A DNA stretch of 51,918 nt, taken from positions 1 to 51,918 of the forward strand of contig JAHBMJ010000276.1 of the NCBI GenBank assembly GCA_018398765.1. Direction: 5' to 3'. The DNA is from Chromera velia (lineage: Eukaryota). The translations under genes were made by a program, and so were the position numbers. Shown here piece after piece: positions 1 through 11,983 of the stretch (the stretch's first letter is position 1; each line of letters begins with the position of its first letter). Below the pieces are notes generated by a model that saw only the letters and a list, made by a program, of their open reading frames with translations, did no database searches and had not been told where the DNA came from.

Positions 1-801
1 CCTTCTTCTCCGGCCGGCGGCATTCCTTGTGCAGGCCTGAACTTGTGTTGTCAGGCTTTGGGTCCGGTCGTCGTCGTGGGCCCTTCTGCTGGGCTCTCTG
101 CTTCCTTTTCCTCCGCGAGTCAGTCAGTTTGCGCTCCTGCTTCTTTCTGTATCTCTCCATCTCTCTGGCGCTCTCCATCTTTCACATTCCGTCTCCCGTC
201 CGTCCGTGCGTGTAAGTGTAAGTGTAAGTAAGTACGTGTGTGTCCCTCTGTGTGTGTGTGTATGTGTGTGTGTATGTGGATGGCGGTGAGAAGGAAGTCG
301 GCAGAAGAGAAGGACAGAAGCGAGGAGGGGGATTCTGAAGCATGAAGGGAGGAAAAGCTGATCTGAACCCCAAAGGGGATCGATTTTTCCTTCACAGGAA
401 ACCGCGGGTTGTCTCTGAGAGTTTACGCTGTTGACAAGTACTCTCCCGTGGCCGTCACGTCTGTCCTTCGATCGCTTGAGAGTGTCTCTGTCACGCCCCT
501 GCCCCCTTTTGTGTGTAGTCACATCTGTGGGTCTGGGGAGTGGTGGTGCGGTTTCGTGCGAGAGATGAAGCGGTGAATGGTGAAGACGCTTGGGGTGTAG
601 TTCCCTTGATGTCTTCAGGTTCAGATTAACAGCTTTCCAGCTTTCTTGCTTCGTTCCCAGAGATGAAGAGTTAACGGAAAACAAAGAGAAGAAGAAGAAG
701 AAGAAAAAAGAAAGCCGACAAGTGAACGCAAGTAAGACAAACAAGGAGAAGAAGAAAAAAACGAACGAACGAAGAAGAAGAAGGAAGGAAGGAAGGAAGG
801 A

Positions 802-833
<32 letters not shown>

Positions 834-2403
834 GAAAGGAACGAAGGGAAGGAAGGAAGCAAAGAATGGAAGGAAAAAAGGGAAGAAGAAAATAGGAATG
901 AAGAAAGGAAAGAAGAAAACAGGAGGGAGGGAAAGACAGAAAGGAAGTAGCAGAAAAAGAGAGGAAGGGCTAGAGGCGTGACTGACGTACGGACTGGTGT
1001 TGCTTTTGCTTGTGTGCTGTTCCTCCCAACCCATGCACTCATTCTCCTTTGTCGAAGGAAAGAAATCAAGCTGGATAGCCGGTGGACATCACTAGGACGC
1101 AATAGAAGAAGAGAATCGTTTCCTTCTGCTGAATTGTTCATCATTTACATTGATTCATTTGCGCCTTTTTGTTGCTCTCTTCCCTTGTCCCTGCTGCCCT
1201 TTCTTTTTCTGCACGGTTGCAGGGACAGAATGGAGGAGGGAGACGTGCATCGCGGCTTCTGAGTGGTTATTGGGGACTTTTCTCGCCCTTCCTCTCCGGC
1301 CGGCGGCATTCCTTGTGCGGGCCTGAACTTGTCTTGTCAGGCTTTGGGTCCGGTCGTCGTCGTGGGCCCTTCTGCTGGGCTCTCTGCTTCCTTTTCCTCT
1401 GCGTGTCAGTCAGTTTGCGCTCCTGCTTCTTTCTGTATCTCTCCATCTCTCTGGCGCTCTCCATCTTTCACATTCCCTCTCCCGTCCGTCCGTGCGTGTA
1501 AGTATAAGTGTAAGTAAGTACGTGTGTGTCCCTCTGTGTGTGTGTGTATGTGTGTGTGGACGGCGGTGAGAAGGAAGTCGGCAGAAGAGAAGGGCAGAAG
1601 CGAGGAGGGGGATTCTGAAGCATGAAGGGAGGAAAAGCTGATCTGAACCCCAAAGGGGATCGATTTTTCCTTCACAGGAAACCGCGGGTTGTCTTTGAGA
1701 GTTTACGCTGTTGACAAGTACCTCTCCCGTGGCCGTCACGTCTGTCCTTCGATCACTCGAGAGTGTCTCCATCGCGCCCCTGCCCCCTTTTGTGTGTAGT
1801 CATATCTGTGGGTCTGGGGAGTGGTGGTGCGGTTTCGTGCGAGAGATGAAGCGGTGAATGGTGAAGACGCTTGGGATGTAGTTCCCTTGATGTCTTCAGG
1901 TTCAGATTAACAGCTTTCCAGCTTTCTTGCTTCGTTCCCAGAGATGAAGAGTTAACGGAAAACAAAGAGAAGAAGAAAAAAAAAGAAAGCCGACAAGTGA
2001 ATGCAAGTAAAACAAACAAGGAAAGGAAAAAAAGAAACGAACGAACGAAAGGAAGGAAGGAAAGAAAGAAAAAAAGAAAGAAAGAAGGAAAGAAAGAAAG
2101 AGAGAAAGAAAGAGAAAGAGAGAAAGAAAGAAAGACAGACAGAAAGAAAGAAAGAAAGAAAGAAAGAAAGGAAGGAAAGGAAGGAAAGGAAGGAAGGAAG
2201 GAAGGAAGGAAGGAAGGGAAGGGAAGGAAGGAAGGAAGGAAGGAAGGAAGGGAAGCAAGGAAGGAACGCAAGAGGCAAGGAACAAGAATGGAAGGAAGAA
2301 AGGGAAGAAGAAAGAGGAACAAAGACAGGAAAGAAGAAAACGGGAGGGAAGGAAAGACTGAAAAGAACTAGCAGAAAAAGAGAGGAAGGGTTACAGGCAT
2401 GAC
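1..2403. repeat. Tandem segmental duplication, unit ~1286 bp (copy A 1-1286, copy B 1287-2403, truncated), each with a (GAAA/GGAA)n tract
   Basis: The sequence at 1 (ccttcttctccggccggcggcattcc) recurs at 1287. The copies are collinear with few substitutions up to gaggaaggg(c/t)ta(g/c)aggc(g/a)tgact at ~961-983 and ~2382-2403. The purine microsatellite is longer in copy B. The array may continue left of the window. Confidence 0.93.
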
Positions 2404-2940
2404 TTTGCTTAGCGGGATCTCGACACAGTCTGTTATCAAAGCACCGAGTAACGGGCTTGCAGGTTATGTGAAATCACACCTTTTCTTCTAGAACTTTTTA
2501 TGTTAGCTTTTTGCAAGATTGAGCCTGCTGCATGGTATTTAGCTAATAATGGGTAAAAAAACCTAGTCCATGAAATTTGACTCAGCTTTTAGCGCAGTTT
2601 ATAAGTCATGTTCTAGTTCGTCCCCAGGTTCGTCCTTGTTTTCAAGTTTTTTTAAAAAAATGATGTAAGTATATATTTAAATTATAGAAATGACTAGCAT
2701 GCTCCCTTAGCGCGTGCATGCTCTAAAAGATAGGATATTACTTAATGATATTAATATAAATTAGTATTATTTAACGCGTTCTTTAAATTATAATTCAACC
2801 AACCAGGTTTTGGACTAAGTTTTGGATCACCGGCTAGATCACCAGGATCAACCGAGCGAATAAGATATACTACAGATCTACTGGTATTAGTTGGTACTGA
2901 CCTTTCTAGTCTTTGATGCAGAACAAGATGGAAACACAAT

Positions 2941-2969
2941 TTGATTGATTGATTGATTGATTGATTGAT
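2941..2969. repeat. (TTGA)n microsatellite
   Basis: About 7 perfect TTGA units. Confidence 0.9.
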
Positions 2970-3486
2970 ATGTTCCGCCCTAGGGCCTTCCCGCTATGTC
3001 TATCTGTCGCCAGAGCTAGCAGGGCGGGGCGTTCCCCAGCCTAAGCTGAGGTATCAGACCCCGCCCTCAGGGCCCGCCAGAGTCTGTTGCCCTGGCCGCT
3101 GCTGCATGATTGTTCGTTGTTCGAGCCACGGCTCTGGATCCGCGTTGGCTTTCCGGCCTGAAAATCGATCTGAAACGGCATGTGATTTGGGCTTCCTCGC
3201 TCTTTTTGTTTACTTTATCAATCTTCTTCTGCGGCTCCTTCCTTCCCCATCCTAACGCTCCTTCGGTCGTCTCTAAATTATCAATTGTTTCCTCATATTT
3301 TTTTGTTAGTCTCTCGATCGCCCGCTGCTTTCCGGTGATTCCTGCATGTCTGGCCGCCAGAGCGTCTCCCTCTATGTGTCCGTACTGCTATACGTTATCA
3401 AAGCGTGACTAGAAAGAAAATGAGAATTAAATAAATTGACTTAATCGAAAATAGTGCTAAGTAAAAGAGAATGGTGTGTGTCGCTT

Positions 3487-3564
3487 ACGTTCATGACCTA
3501 GTGGTTAATATACAACATTAACAAACAGAAGATCATAGGTTCAATCCTCGCTACCTGCCTTTTT
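3487..3564 (+). pseudogene. Degenerate tRNA-like Pol III unit (tRNA-Val(AAC)-like pseudogene or SINE head)
   Basis: A-box-like TGACCTAGTGG at 3494-3504, B-box-like GGTTCAATCC at 3538-3547, TTAACAA at the anticodon-loop position and a T-run at ~3560-3564. Acceptor and anticodon stems do not pair properly. Confidence 0.45.
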
Positions 3565-4540
3565 AAGGATTAACAAGAAAAGAGACGGGACGTTAATGTC
3601 CTGTACTATACAGATTTTGGCCTGTCGCATTTCGATCGAAATCACATGAAAGACTTCTGAAAGACTTTCTGGAAGACTACTATGAAATCAGATCGATCGC
3701 TGAATCGCAAGAAAGCTCCATGCTCCTGACATCGATCGAGTCTGTCACTAGGGATCGACCTGAACCGCTCCAGCGATATCAAGCCCTGAAGACCCTTAAA
3801 CCTCTGCAAGCACTTACTAGCGCCAACCCCTCTAAGTAGGCCTTAACAAGATAGAACTATAGGGGAGATCAGAGGTCCGGCCTAACAGAGGAGGGTCATT
3901 ACCTTCCCCGGCTGACCGTAAAACAACTGTCAATCTGAACAGCACTTTGAGACTTGAAGTTCAAGTTCTGTAAGTCATTTATTAGAATAAACTTTCCGTA
4001 TATTGTATGGACAAAATATTTTGCATACACTAGTGCATGCATAAATTAATTTTAAATTTTATTCCCCAGCTTATTCCGGAGACTTATTGCTGTATGCGCT
4101 TAACTAGGCGCTTGGCGGCGTGCCGCCACGTGCGCGCTAAATGATGCCTAAATCAACCTGCTGTACGCTTATTTTCCTTATAGCGTAAGCTAGTGTATAA
4201 AGTTTAGCAGTTTTGTAGATGGGCTGCCTCTGCTTGCCTCGTTTATATTGTATTTCATAAGTTTGTTTGCATGTTAATTTGCAATCAAGACATGCAGAAA
4301 GAGCTAGAGAAAGAGATAAGCTTAAATTGAGAGAGAAGGCTTGAAAGAACTTGAAGGGCAACTGAAAATTTTAGATATCTTTTGAGTCTGAGAATTAAGT
4401 TTTGATACAGTTTTTAAAGTTTTATACTACGTTTCATAGTTAATGATGATTTGTATTTACTAATAACTAATTCTAGAACTAATTTAGTTTCTAACTTTTT
4501 ACTAGCTTAATTTTAAGCTTATTCTTTAATTTAATTAATT

Positions 4541-4602
4541 CTGCCAAACGCGAGACGCCTATTATATAGGCCGATAGCGATAGCGTATGATGATGATGAT
4601 GA
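4541..4602 (+). mobile_element. Solo 3' terminus of a putative non-LTR element with (TGA)n tail
   Basis: ctgccaaacgcgagacgcctattatataggccgatagcgatagcgta(tga)n matches 17582-17640 (ccgccgaacgctagatgcctatttataggccgatggcgatagcgta(tga)n). Confidence 0.6.
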
Positions 4603-4919
4603 ATTCTAAACTTATATGCCACAGTGATCATTATTAATTAATCTTCAATCATGAATATCCTACCTCATACATATATATATATATATATATAAAAGCTAGC
4701 TGTTACTAGAGCTGTTATCAAACTTTTTAGAAATGCTTTGCAAGATGATTTTCCACTGTAGTTTTGAATTGTGTACCGTTTATCATCAAACCTGGACATA
4801 CCTGGACGATAACTTGAAACCATTCACTTCATTACCTCTGTCTTTGACACCCTCTCCCTGTAGCCTTCTCCTCACTCTTTGTACCTCCTGCCTAGCCTCC
4901 TGCTGGGGCTGACTGTGAC

Positions 4920-7900
4920 TTATTGAGACTGTCGGGTCAGTTGGTCTAACATGAAGGCCAGCTCTGGAATGGAGAGACTCAAGGCGCTCACCTGCTGCAT
5001 GGCTGCAGCTGCGGGTGAGGCCCCATCCTCTCCCTCTCCATCAGCAGAAACACCGGGAGCCTCGGCATTCTCAGCTGTGCTCTTCTTTTCCTCCCCTCCT
5101 TCCCCCTCTTCACACTCACCCTCTTCCTCGCTCTCTTCATCTGCCACCCTGACAGCGGCAGAAAAAGAGTAAGGCTCCTTCAGAAGGACGGCAGCGACAC
5201 CCTTGAGCAGGTGGGAGGAGACATACGATGGATGGAGGTGAGTGCCGTCAAACTCGAGAGAGGGAAGAAGGTCACCCTCTCCGGAGAGACGGACCCCCGC
5301 GTCTCCTCCCTCTCCTCCGTCTCTGGTGTCCCTCTCGCCCTCTCTCCTTTCTGAAGGCTGTTGCTGCTGTCCACTGGAAGACTCCGATGCATCTTCCGTC
5401 ATCGGTGGAAGCGGCAAAAGAACAGGGCCGGTTGTGCCGGCCCAAGTGAGGAGCGCTCGGGCTGCCAGGTGCTTTCTGTTTTCGTCTCTTCCTCTCGAAG
5501 GGCGCATTCCGAAAGTCATTCCTTGAAGGATAGCGTTGAATGCCGAGACGAAGATCCGTGAGTGGGGAAGGACGGGGGGAACCGGGTGGACCAGAATCGG
5601 CAGAGAGGGGAGGGCCCCGGACAACTGCAGCATACACCAAGCACACATGAAGCCAGTTTCTGGGATCCTTTTATCATATGGTTGCGGATGAGTGGGGCCT
5701 CCGCAGAAGAGAACTTCTCTTTTGATGCATGAGGTGTCAATGGACGGCAGCTGTTCACCACACTCTCGGAAGGAAGTTGGAGTCGCAGAGCACTTGGGCA
5801 GAGAAAAAGGGGAGGAGGAAGCAGATTGAGAAAGGCAAGGGAGCCCTTGAGGCATGCGCCAAAGGGGGTTTGGGGACAGAGAAACACAGCGACCCAACCG
5901 ACTCACCTCAGTCAGGCGGTCATTCAGGAGATTACAGAGACCGGACAGAGCCTGGAACACACTGTCGCACTGCACAGAAAGATGAGAGGGACAGGCAGGC
6001 AGATGCATGCAAGGAGAAAGTGAGAAAGTGAGAGTAGGTATTCCCGACACCATTCCCTGTTATTCACAGAGAAAGGAGAGACAAGAGGACAAGCAGCCAC
6101 CAGCGCCCGCGCGGTCCTGGGATGCAGAGAAACTAACTTCAACCTTTTCCCTTTATTCAAAATGACAAGTTGTTTCAATGAAATGGAACTTCAAATCCCT
6201 TCACATTGACACTGTCCGCGTGCCTGTTCGGCCCACTCGGTCTGTTTTGGGATGTTGGCTTGGGTCATGATGTTCTCTCGGAGAGCAGCTAGCTGGCCCA
6301 GAAAAACGCGAAAAACCGAAACAACAGACTGACCCCAGGTTTTCCCTTCAGCACGGCGCTATGCACACCCTCTCTGCAATCAATTTCACCAATGCTGACG
6401 AGTGCAGCCAAGGAAGGACAGTCGCTATGCTGTCTCCAGCATTTCCCGTCTCCCTCCCCCCCCCGTTCTCCCACCCAACTCTTCGCTGCCTCCCACCCAT
6501 CGTCCCACCCGTGCTTTGTGAACATACTCCCGGCCTCACTCAAGTGCCAGATCTTCAAACCTGTAACCAGTCGAGGAACTGAGACGTACGTACGCCCTCT
6601 CTTTGCTGAGGGGGACACAGAGACCGAGGAACCCCCTCCCTCCCCATCAGAGGGAAAAGGATCATCCGAAGGGGGGGGCAAGGGAGAAGCAGAGGTAGAA
6701 GGAGGACGAGAGGGGACTTCGAGAGTGCCCCAGGCTGGAGAGATTGTGTGAGAATCTCCTATCAACAGAATCACACCAACATCCGAAGAGGGAGATTGTA
6801 CGTGTCCCTCGTTTTTGGCAGCTTCATCCTCCCCCTTTTCTGTCTCCGTCTCTGCCTTGTTCTCTTCACATCCTTTCTTTCTCTCCTCCTCTTCCTGCAC
6901 TTCAAGAAGCTGGGCCACGGTTTTGAAGAAGGCGATTTCGTTTCTGATTTTGGATCCCAGAGGAACCAGCGCAAGGCTCGGCTCTGAGCAGAAGCAGGGG
7001 CAGGACAGGGAGAAGGGGGGAGAAGGTCATTACACACACGTCACGCAGGTTCACTCCTCTTGATTCTCTCAGAGCGCCTTTCGGAGAAGTCAAGGCCGAA
7101 AAGGGGCCTTCGAGAAAAAAGAGGGAAACAAGAGAGAAACTTGCAGTTCGTACATGTACATTCAAATGTTTGAAAGAGTGAGCTGTCACAACCCAGAAAG
7201 ACGACGTGCAGACAAACAAAACAACCCCCCGAATCCCACCAAATGGAATGGGAGAAAAGAAACTACCGACCAGTAAGCCTTGTGAGTCGATTGAGAAGGG
7301 ATCTGTGTTGGGCTGCCCCCTCTTCCCCACAGGCCCATTGAAAGGATTCGAAGAGACTCCCCCTGGCTTCCTCAGACACAGAGGGGGAGTCCAAACCGTT
7401 CAGGCAAAACACCAAACGACAAAGCACGTCGTCAGCCCAAGAGCCCTGCTCGGACTTTCGGACCTCAGAAGAGGAAGAGGGACCAGGGGCCCCAGCGGAG
7501 GGATTGGGCCCAGGCATGCCACAGGCAGCCAACAGACCTTTCCACCAGAAGGAGCCGTCCTTCTGCGTAGGGGCGCTCTCTGTCTGCTTCTGTGTGCCGT
7601 CTGGAGGGGATGCCTCGGCACAAGCGCCTGTGCTTGCGTCAGTTTCGGTGGCTTTGTCACCCGCCTCCTTGCTTTCCTTGTCGACACACGCTCCCTTTTT
7701 CTTGTTGTCGAAACAACGGGCCGAATCGAAGGCACCGATGGCCCTATAAGGCTGCACGCACACATCAAGAGTAGGGAGAGTGGTTGTCCTTGAGGAAGGC
7801 AAAGAACGTGTACAATTACACAGAGAGAGACACCGGCACGGAGACAGAGTATGGCGTCATCCCCTTTTCTTCATTGGTCTTCCCCCCCCCCCACAGACAG

Positions 7901-10900
7901 ACAGACAGACAGACAGACTATATGTTTCTTCTTCTTCTTCTCCCTCTTTTTCTTCATGAACACAACAGACAGACAGATAGACAGACAGACTATATGTTTC
8001 TTCTTCTTCTTCTCCCTCTTTTTCTTCATGAACACAACAGACAGACAGACAGACAGACTATATGTTTCTTCTTCTTCTTCTCCCTCTTTTTCTTCATGAA
8101 CACAACAGACAGACAGATAGACAGACAGACAGACAGAGAGGCAAGCAGGCAGGCAGACAGACAGACAGACAACACGTTCCCCCCCCCTCTTTTCTTCTTT
8201 TCACGAACAGAAAAGATGAAAAATGCAGACCGGCAAACGGAAGCCCCAATTCGTCCGTAGGGGAAAAAGTGGCATAAAAATTGATCTGATGATTTGCATT
8301 GTATTAATGAGTCACCTGCCTGCAGCAATGGGCAGGTTCAGAGTAAAGATAAAGTACAGGCAGTGCTACATGAGCAGGATTCAAAAGAGCATACACAACT
8401 CTGAGATTGGACTCTTTAAAAGAGCGACCGAACGACCCACCCACTAACCTGTATGAGGAAAAGAAGTTTGATGACCGTGCAGCAGATTGCCAGTGTGTCT
8501 GTCCACCTATCTGACCCTGCCTTTCTCTTTTTCTGCTCCTTCACTTTCCCATCCTCTCCCATGTCCTCGTCTCCATCCTGTGCTGCACTTCTTTCCTCCT
8601 GAAGCTCTCTCTCCGCTCTCGTTTCTTCAACAGAGAGCCCCCCGAAGTTGCTGGGGTCGATCACTAGAGAAGAAGAAGCTACACCCGCAGAGTCAGTCCC
8701 CGACTCCGTCTCCCCCCTCGACCCACACCGCAACGCTCGAACAAAAGCAGACACAAACGGATCCCGCCGAGAGGCCCACTCCAAGTGTCTGCGCAAAAAT
8801 GATTAGAAAGAACAACGTAGAGAAAGGAAGAAGGTCCATTTACTGAAAGTTGGGGACTCAAAAACTTAGATTCTTTTTTCGGCATAAACTGGCCACTAGG
8901 GGGCCGAGACCCTCTGACGCGTCCCCTTCCGTCCCCCCACGGCACGTCATCCGCACAAGAAGAAACACGACCGCACACTGACAGACACGACGGCGCACAC
9001 GCACACACACATATTCAGTCAGCTGCCCAGTCACTCAGTCCGTCATCACGAGGAGGGAGGTAGTTTCCAAAAGCTCACCTGAGGCAAGCGGCGAGGCCCA
9101 CGAGGGATCCCTTCTTCTCTCTCTGTAGGAGCTCCAGAGTGTGGCAAAGGTTTAGGGCCAACGACCCGTCACCCTCCGCGACCTCCACCGCCTTGCTGTA
9201 CAAGCAGAGAGATTCCTCGATGCCTGCAGGAAGTTCGGAATGGCAATTTCGAACAGCAGAAGGAAGCATCTACACAGAGACCAGCAGCCACTTCTGTAGT
9301 CACCAACTGACTCACTCAACCACTCCTGAAAAAAAAAAACGGCAGAGAAAAGTCAAAGAAAGAAAATGCTCTTCTTCACGGATGCGTGCGCACGCACGAA
9401 CGGTCATACGAAACTCACGAAGTTCAGAAGACACGTGACAACAAAAAGGAATCTGGAACGGCAGCTTCTGGAAAGGAGACCAGCCACTTGAATTCTCTGC
9501 AACTACCAAACAAACAAATAGACAAACCGGCGCGTCCCAGGGCTCTACAGTGAAGACCAACAAAGGCGACAACCTCTGCCTGATGGTTCAGGCCCCTCTC
9601 CTTGTCACTCTCCTTCTGCTCTTCACGTCCTGTCCCCGTCTCCGTGTCTCTGTCTTCCCAGACAACCCAGCCTGGGGCTGAGGACGTCTCCTCTTGGCAG
9701 CTTGTAGCAAGAAAATCAAGCGGAAAGGGAAGCGCAGCTCGCGACAGCCTCCCTTTCCCTTTCACGGCAGTGTCACGAGCGAGAGGGGGTAAGAGAGCGT
9801 CTGCGAGAGCCCCAGGAGAAAGTTTGTGTGTCACCCACCAGGCAACCGTGGGGGTGATCTGCATGAGGGCATGAGAGCAGGGGGCAGTGGGAGCATGGGG
9901 AATGGAGGGAGCATGTCTGACACGCATTTCTGAAAGAGGGAGGAACAGGTGATGCCTCAGATCGCAAAAAAAGAGCAACGAACAAGCCCCGCTTTTGATC
10001 TCCCTCCCTCCATCTGCTGTGTCTGTCTACACAATGCCTTTTCACTCATTCGGTGTGCCATCACCAGGAGATCCACATGCAGACCCGAGAACGTTCAAAA
10101 ACAAGAGCCGGAGAGATGATCTGAAATCCAAATGATTCAACTTCCCCCCACTCACAGACCTCCTGCATTTTATGGAACATCATCACCACCTTTCCCATCA
10201 TGGTTGCTGCAATCACCTCCCTCTCACGCCTCCCTGCAGCCTCATCAATTCCCTCGATTCGAGGCCGGGTACGCCCCCCATTAAAGACACCCAGGAGCCC
10301 CGCTGAGGCCAAAAAGGCGAAGGGCTCAGTTGCCTGAAAGGACGAGGCCTCAGACGTTGCCGCCCGAGCGGCACCCATCGAATCTTCTGACTGGAACACA
10401 GCTGCGGCCATGGAGAGTGATACCCCCAGCCTTCCGTAGAGGCTTCCCATGAAATCCTTCAGCTCTTTCGACCCTAGACCAACAGGCAGAAGGTCAGGGG
10501 GGAGGACACCTTCTAGGGGTGTGAAGAGCTTAGAGGAACGAAGTTCCGAATTGACGCACGCTTCTTTCAACCGTTGGAGAAAAGAGGATACGATTTCGTG
10601 AAGCGAAAAGAGATTATACCACTTTGCCTCATCTCCGCTTATCTGGTCTACTTTCGGGTTGTCTCTCTCACCAAGCTCTCCCCATTTGTCGAAAATCATA
10701 CCGTCTTCCTCTCTTACGCAGCCCGACTCAGTTACACCAATACAGACAGACAAAAGACAAACGAGGTTACGAACATCTGAACACCAAACGGGAAAGTGCG
10801 GGGGAGAATTCACGGAGGAGCTTGCTTCAGTCGCCTTGTCTTTCTCCTTGCTAACTTTACCCTTCGGCCCTCTTCGCTTTCCTCCCGCTTTTCTTTCCTT

Positions 10901-11983
10901 CTCTTTCTCTGTCCGGGTTGCTGCTTCTGCTGCTGTGTGTGGAGGGGGAGAAGGTGAGTGACCTGCAGTCTGTTTGAGCATCTGCTTCATCAGCTGGCTC
11001 AAACGCACGGACTCTCTGCAATACTTGATTGCCACAAGCCACTGGCGGTCATGCTGTGCTATATCTGCCAATCCTCTGAGTGCGCGCAAACGAACAAAGA
11101 AAGGGACAAGCGAGAGGGCAAAGAGCTCACAGTCTGTTTCGGGAGGCACGTCTGACTCCATCTCCAATTTCCGTCTCCACTGGAGAATGGATGTCAGGGG
11201 AGGGAGACACTCAAGCAGATTGATCAAACCGCTTTTGGCGTGCTTCATGTACCCAACCTCCCGAAATCGGAGACTCTTCATGGCGAGGTTGCACCAACCC
11301 ACAAGGTTCTCTTTCATCAACCAAGGGGTGGAGGTGCAAAAATCAGGATCTAGACCTGGTGGGTCAGCTGTACATCTGGCAAGCTCCTCTGCATTCACAC
11401 CGATGCTGTTTGCGTTTTGTGTGGTTTCTGGCTGTGTAGTCACAAGAGCGGGTTGGGATGCAGGAGGCGACAGATCTTTCTCTTCTTTGAGTTCAGTCGC
11501 CCGATTAGTGTTGTTTTGGGGTTTCGGGTTTGGTTCTTCACCCTCTTGTGTGGCTTGTCTGCTGCTGTCGGCTTCAGAAGAGAGCAACTCTGTTGGGGCC
11601 TGTGTCCCTACAGCGGTGGTCTTGTCGGGCTGTTCCTGATCACTGTCGTCCTCAAGCAATCTGTTCTTCAGTTTTAGGGCTTGTTCGTTCAAAGGGTCGA
11701 GCTCAAGGCACCGTTTCAACGCAAAGAGGCAGCGTTTGACTCTCCCTTGCTGTAACAGAAGCTGTGCCTTCAGGAAGGAAACGGAGAATGATGTTTTGTC
11801 CTGCACGCAAAGGGAAAGGGGGGGTAAAGCAACAGGAAGAAAACAAGTTTATCTTCGCCCCCACCAACTGCTGACCAGTTCCCCGGCTTCCTCGGCGAGC
11901 ACGAGCGCTTCATCCAGCCTACCCTCTTCTACACGGCCAAGGGAAAGCTCCAGCTTCCGGGCGAAGTCCTTCACTGTATTCAT
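4920..11983 (-). CDS. TPR-repeat protein with C-terminal SGNH/GDSL-hydrolase-like domain, 9 exons, ~1487 aa
   Basis: Phase-consistent GT-AG exons: 11983-11876, 11800-10160, 9858-9574, 9269-9079, 8788-8449, 7751-7271, 6983-6334, 5969-5907, 5624-4920. TPR-like segments: FLKAQLLLQQGRVKRCLFALKRCLELDPLN and EESLCLYSKAVEVAEGDGSLALNLCHTLELL. SGNH-like blocks: LIGDSH, VTGLKIWH, IGEIDCREG, VHPVPPV, FDGTHL. An in-frame stop lies upstream of the ATG at 11983. Confidence 0.8.
7893..8135. repeat. Intronic minisatellite, 3 copies of a ~68-72 bp (CAGA)n-ctatatgtttcttc...catgaacacaa unit
   Basis: actatatgtttcttcttcttcttctccctctttttcttcatgaacacaac recurs at ~7917, ~7989 and ~8057, separated by (CAGA)n of variable length. 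Confidence 0.9.

Noticed and set aside
590..2402. K/E/R-rich and F/L/S-rich ORFs
   Set aside because: These are translations of (GAAA)n/(GGAA)n microsatellites that are open in several frames.
3487..3564. Functional tRNA gene
   Set aside because: The cloverleaf stems cannot be formed; kept only as a pseudogene or SINE candidate.
7893..8135. CRISPR-like repeat-spacer appearance
   Set aside because: The spacers are just (CAGA)n, the site is a eukaryotic intron, and no cas genes are present.
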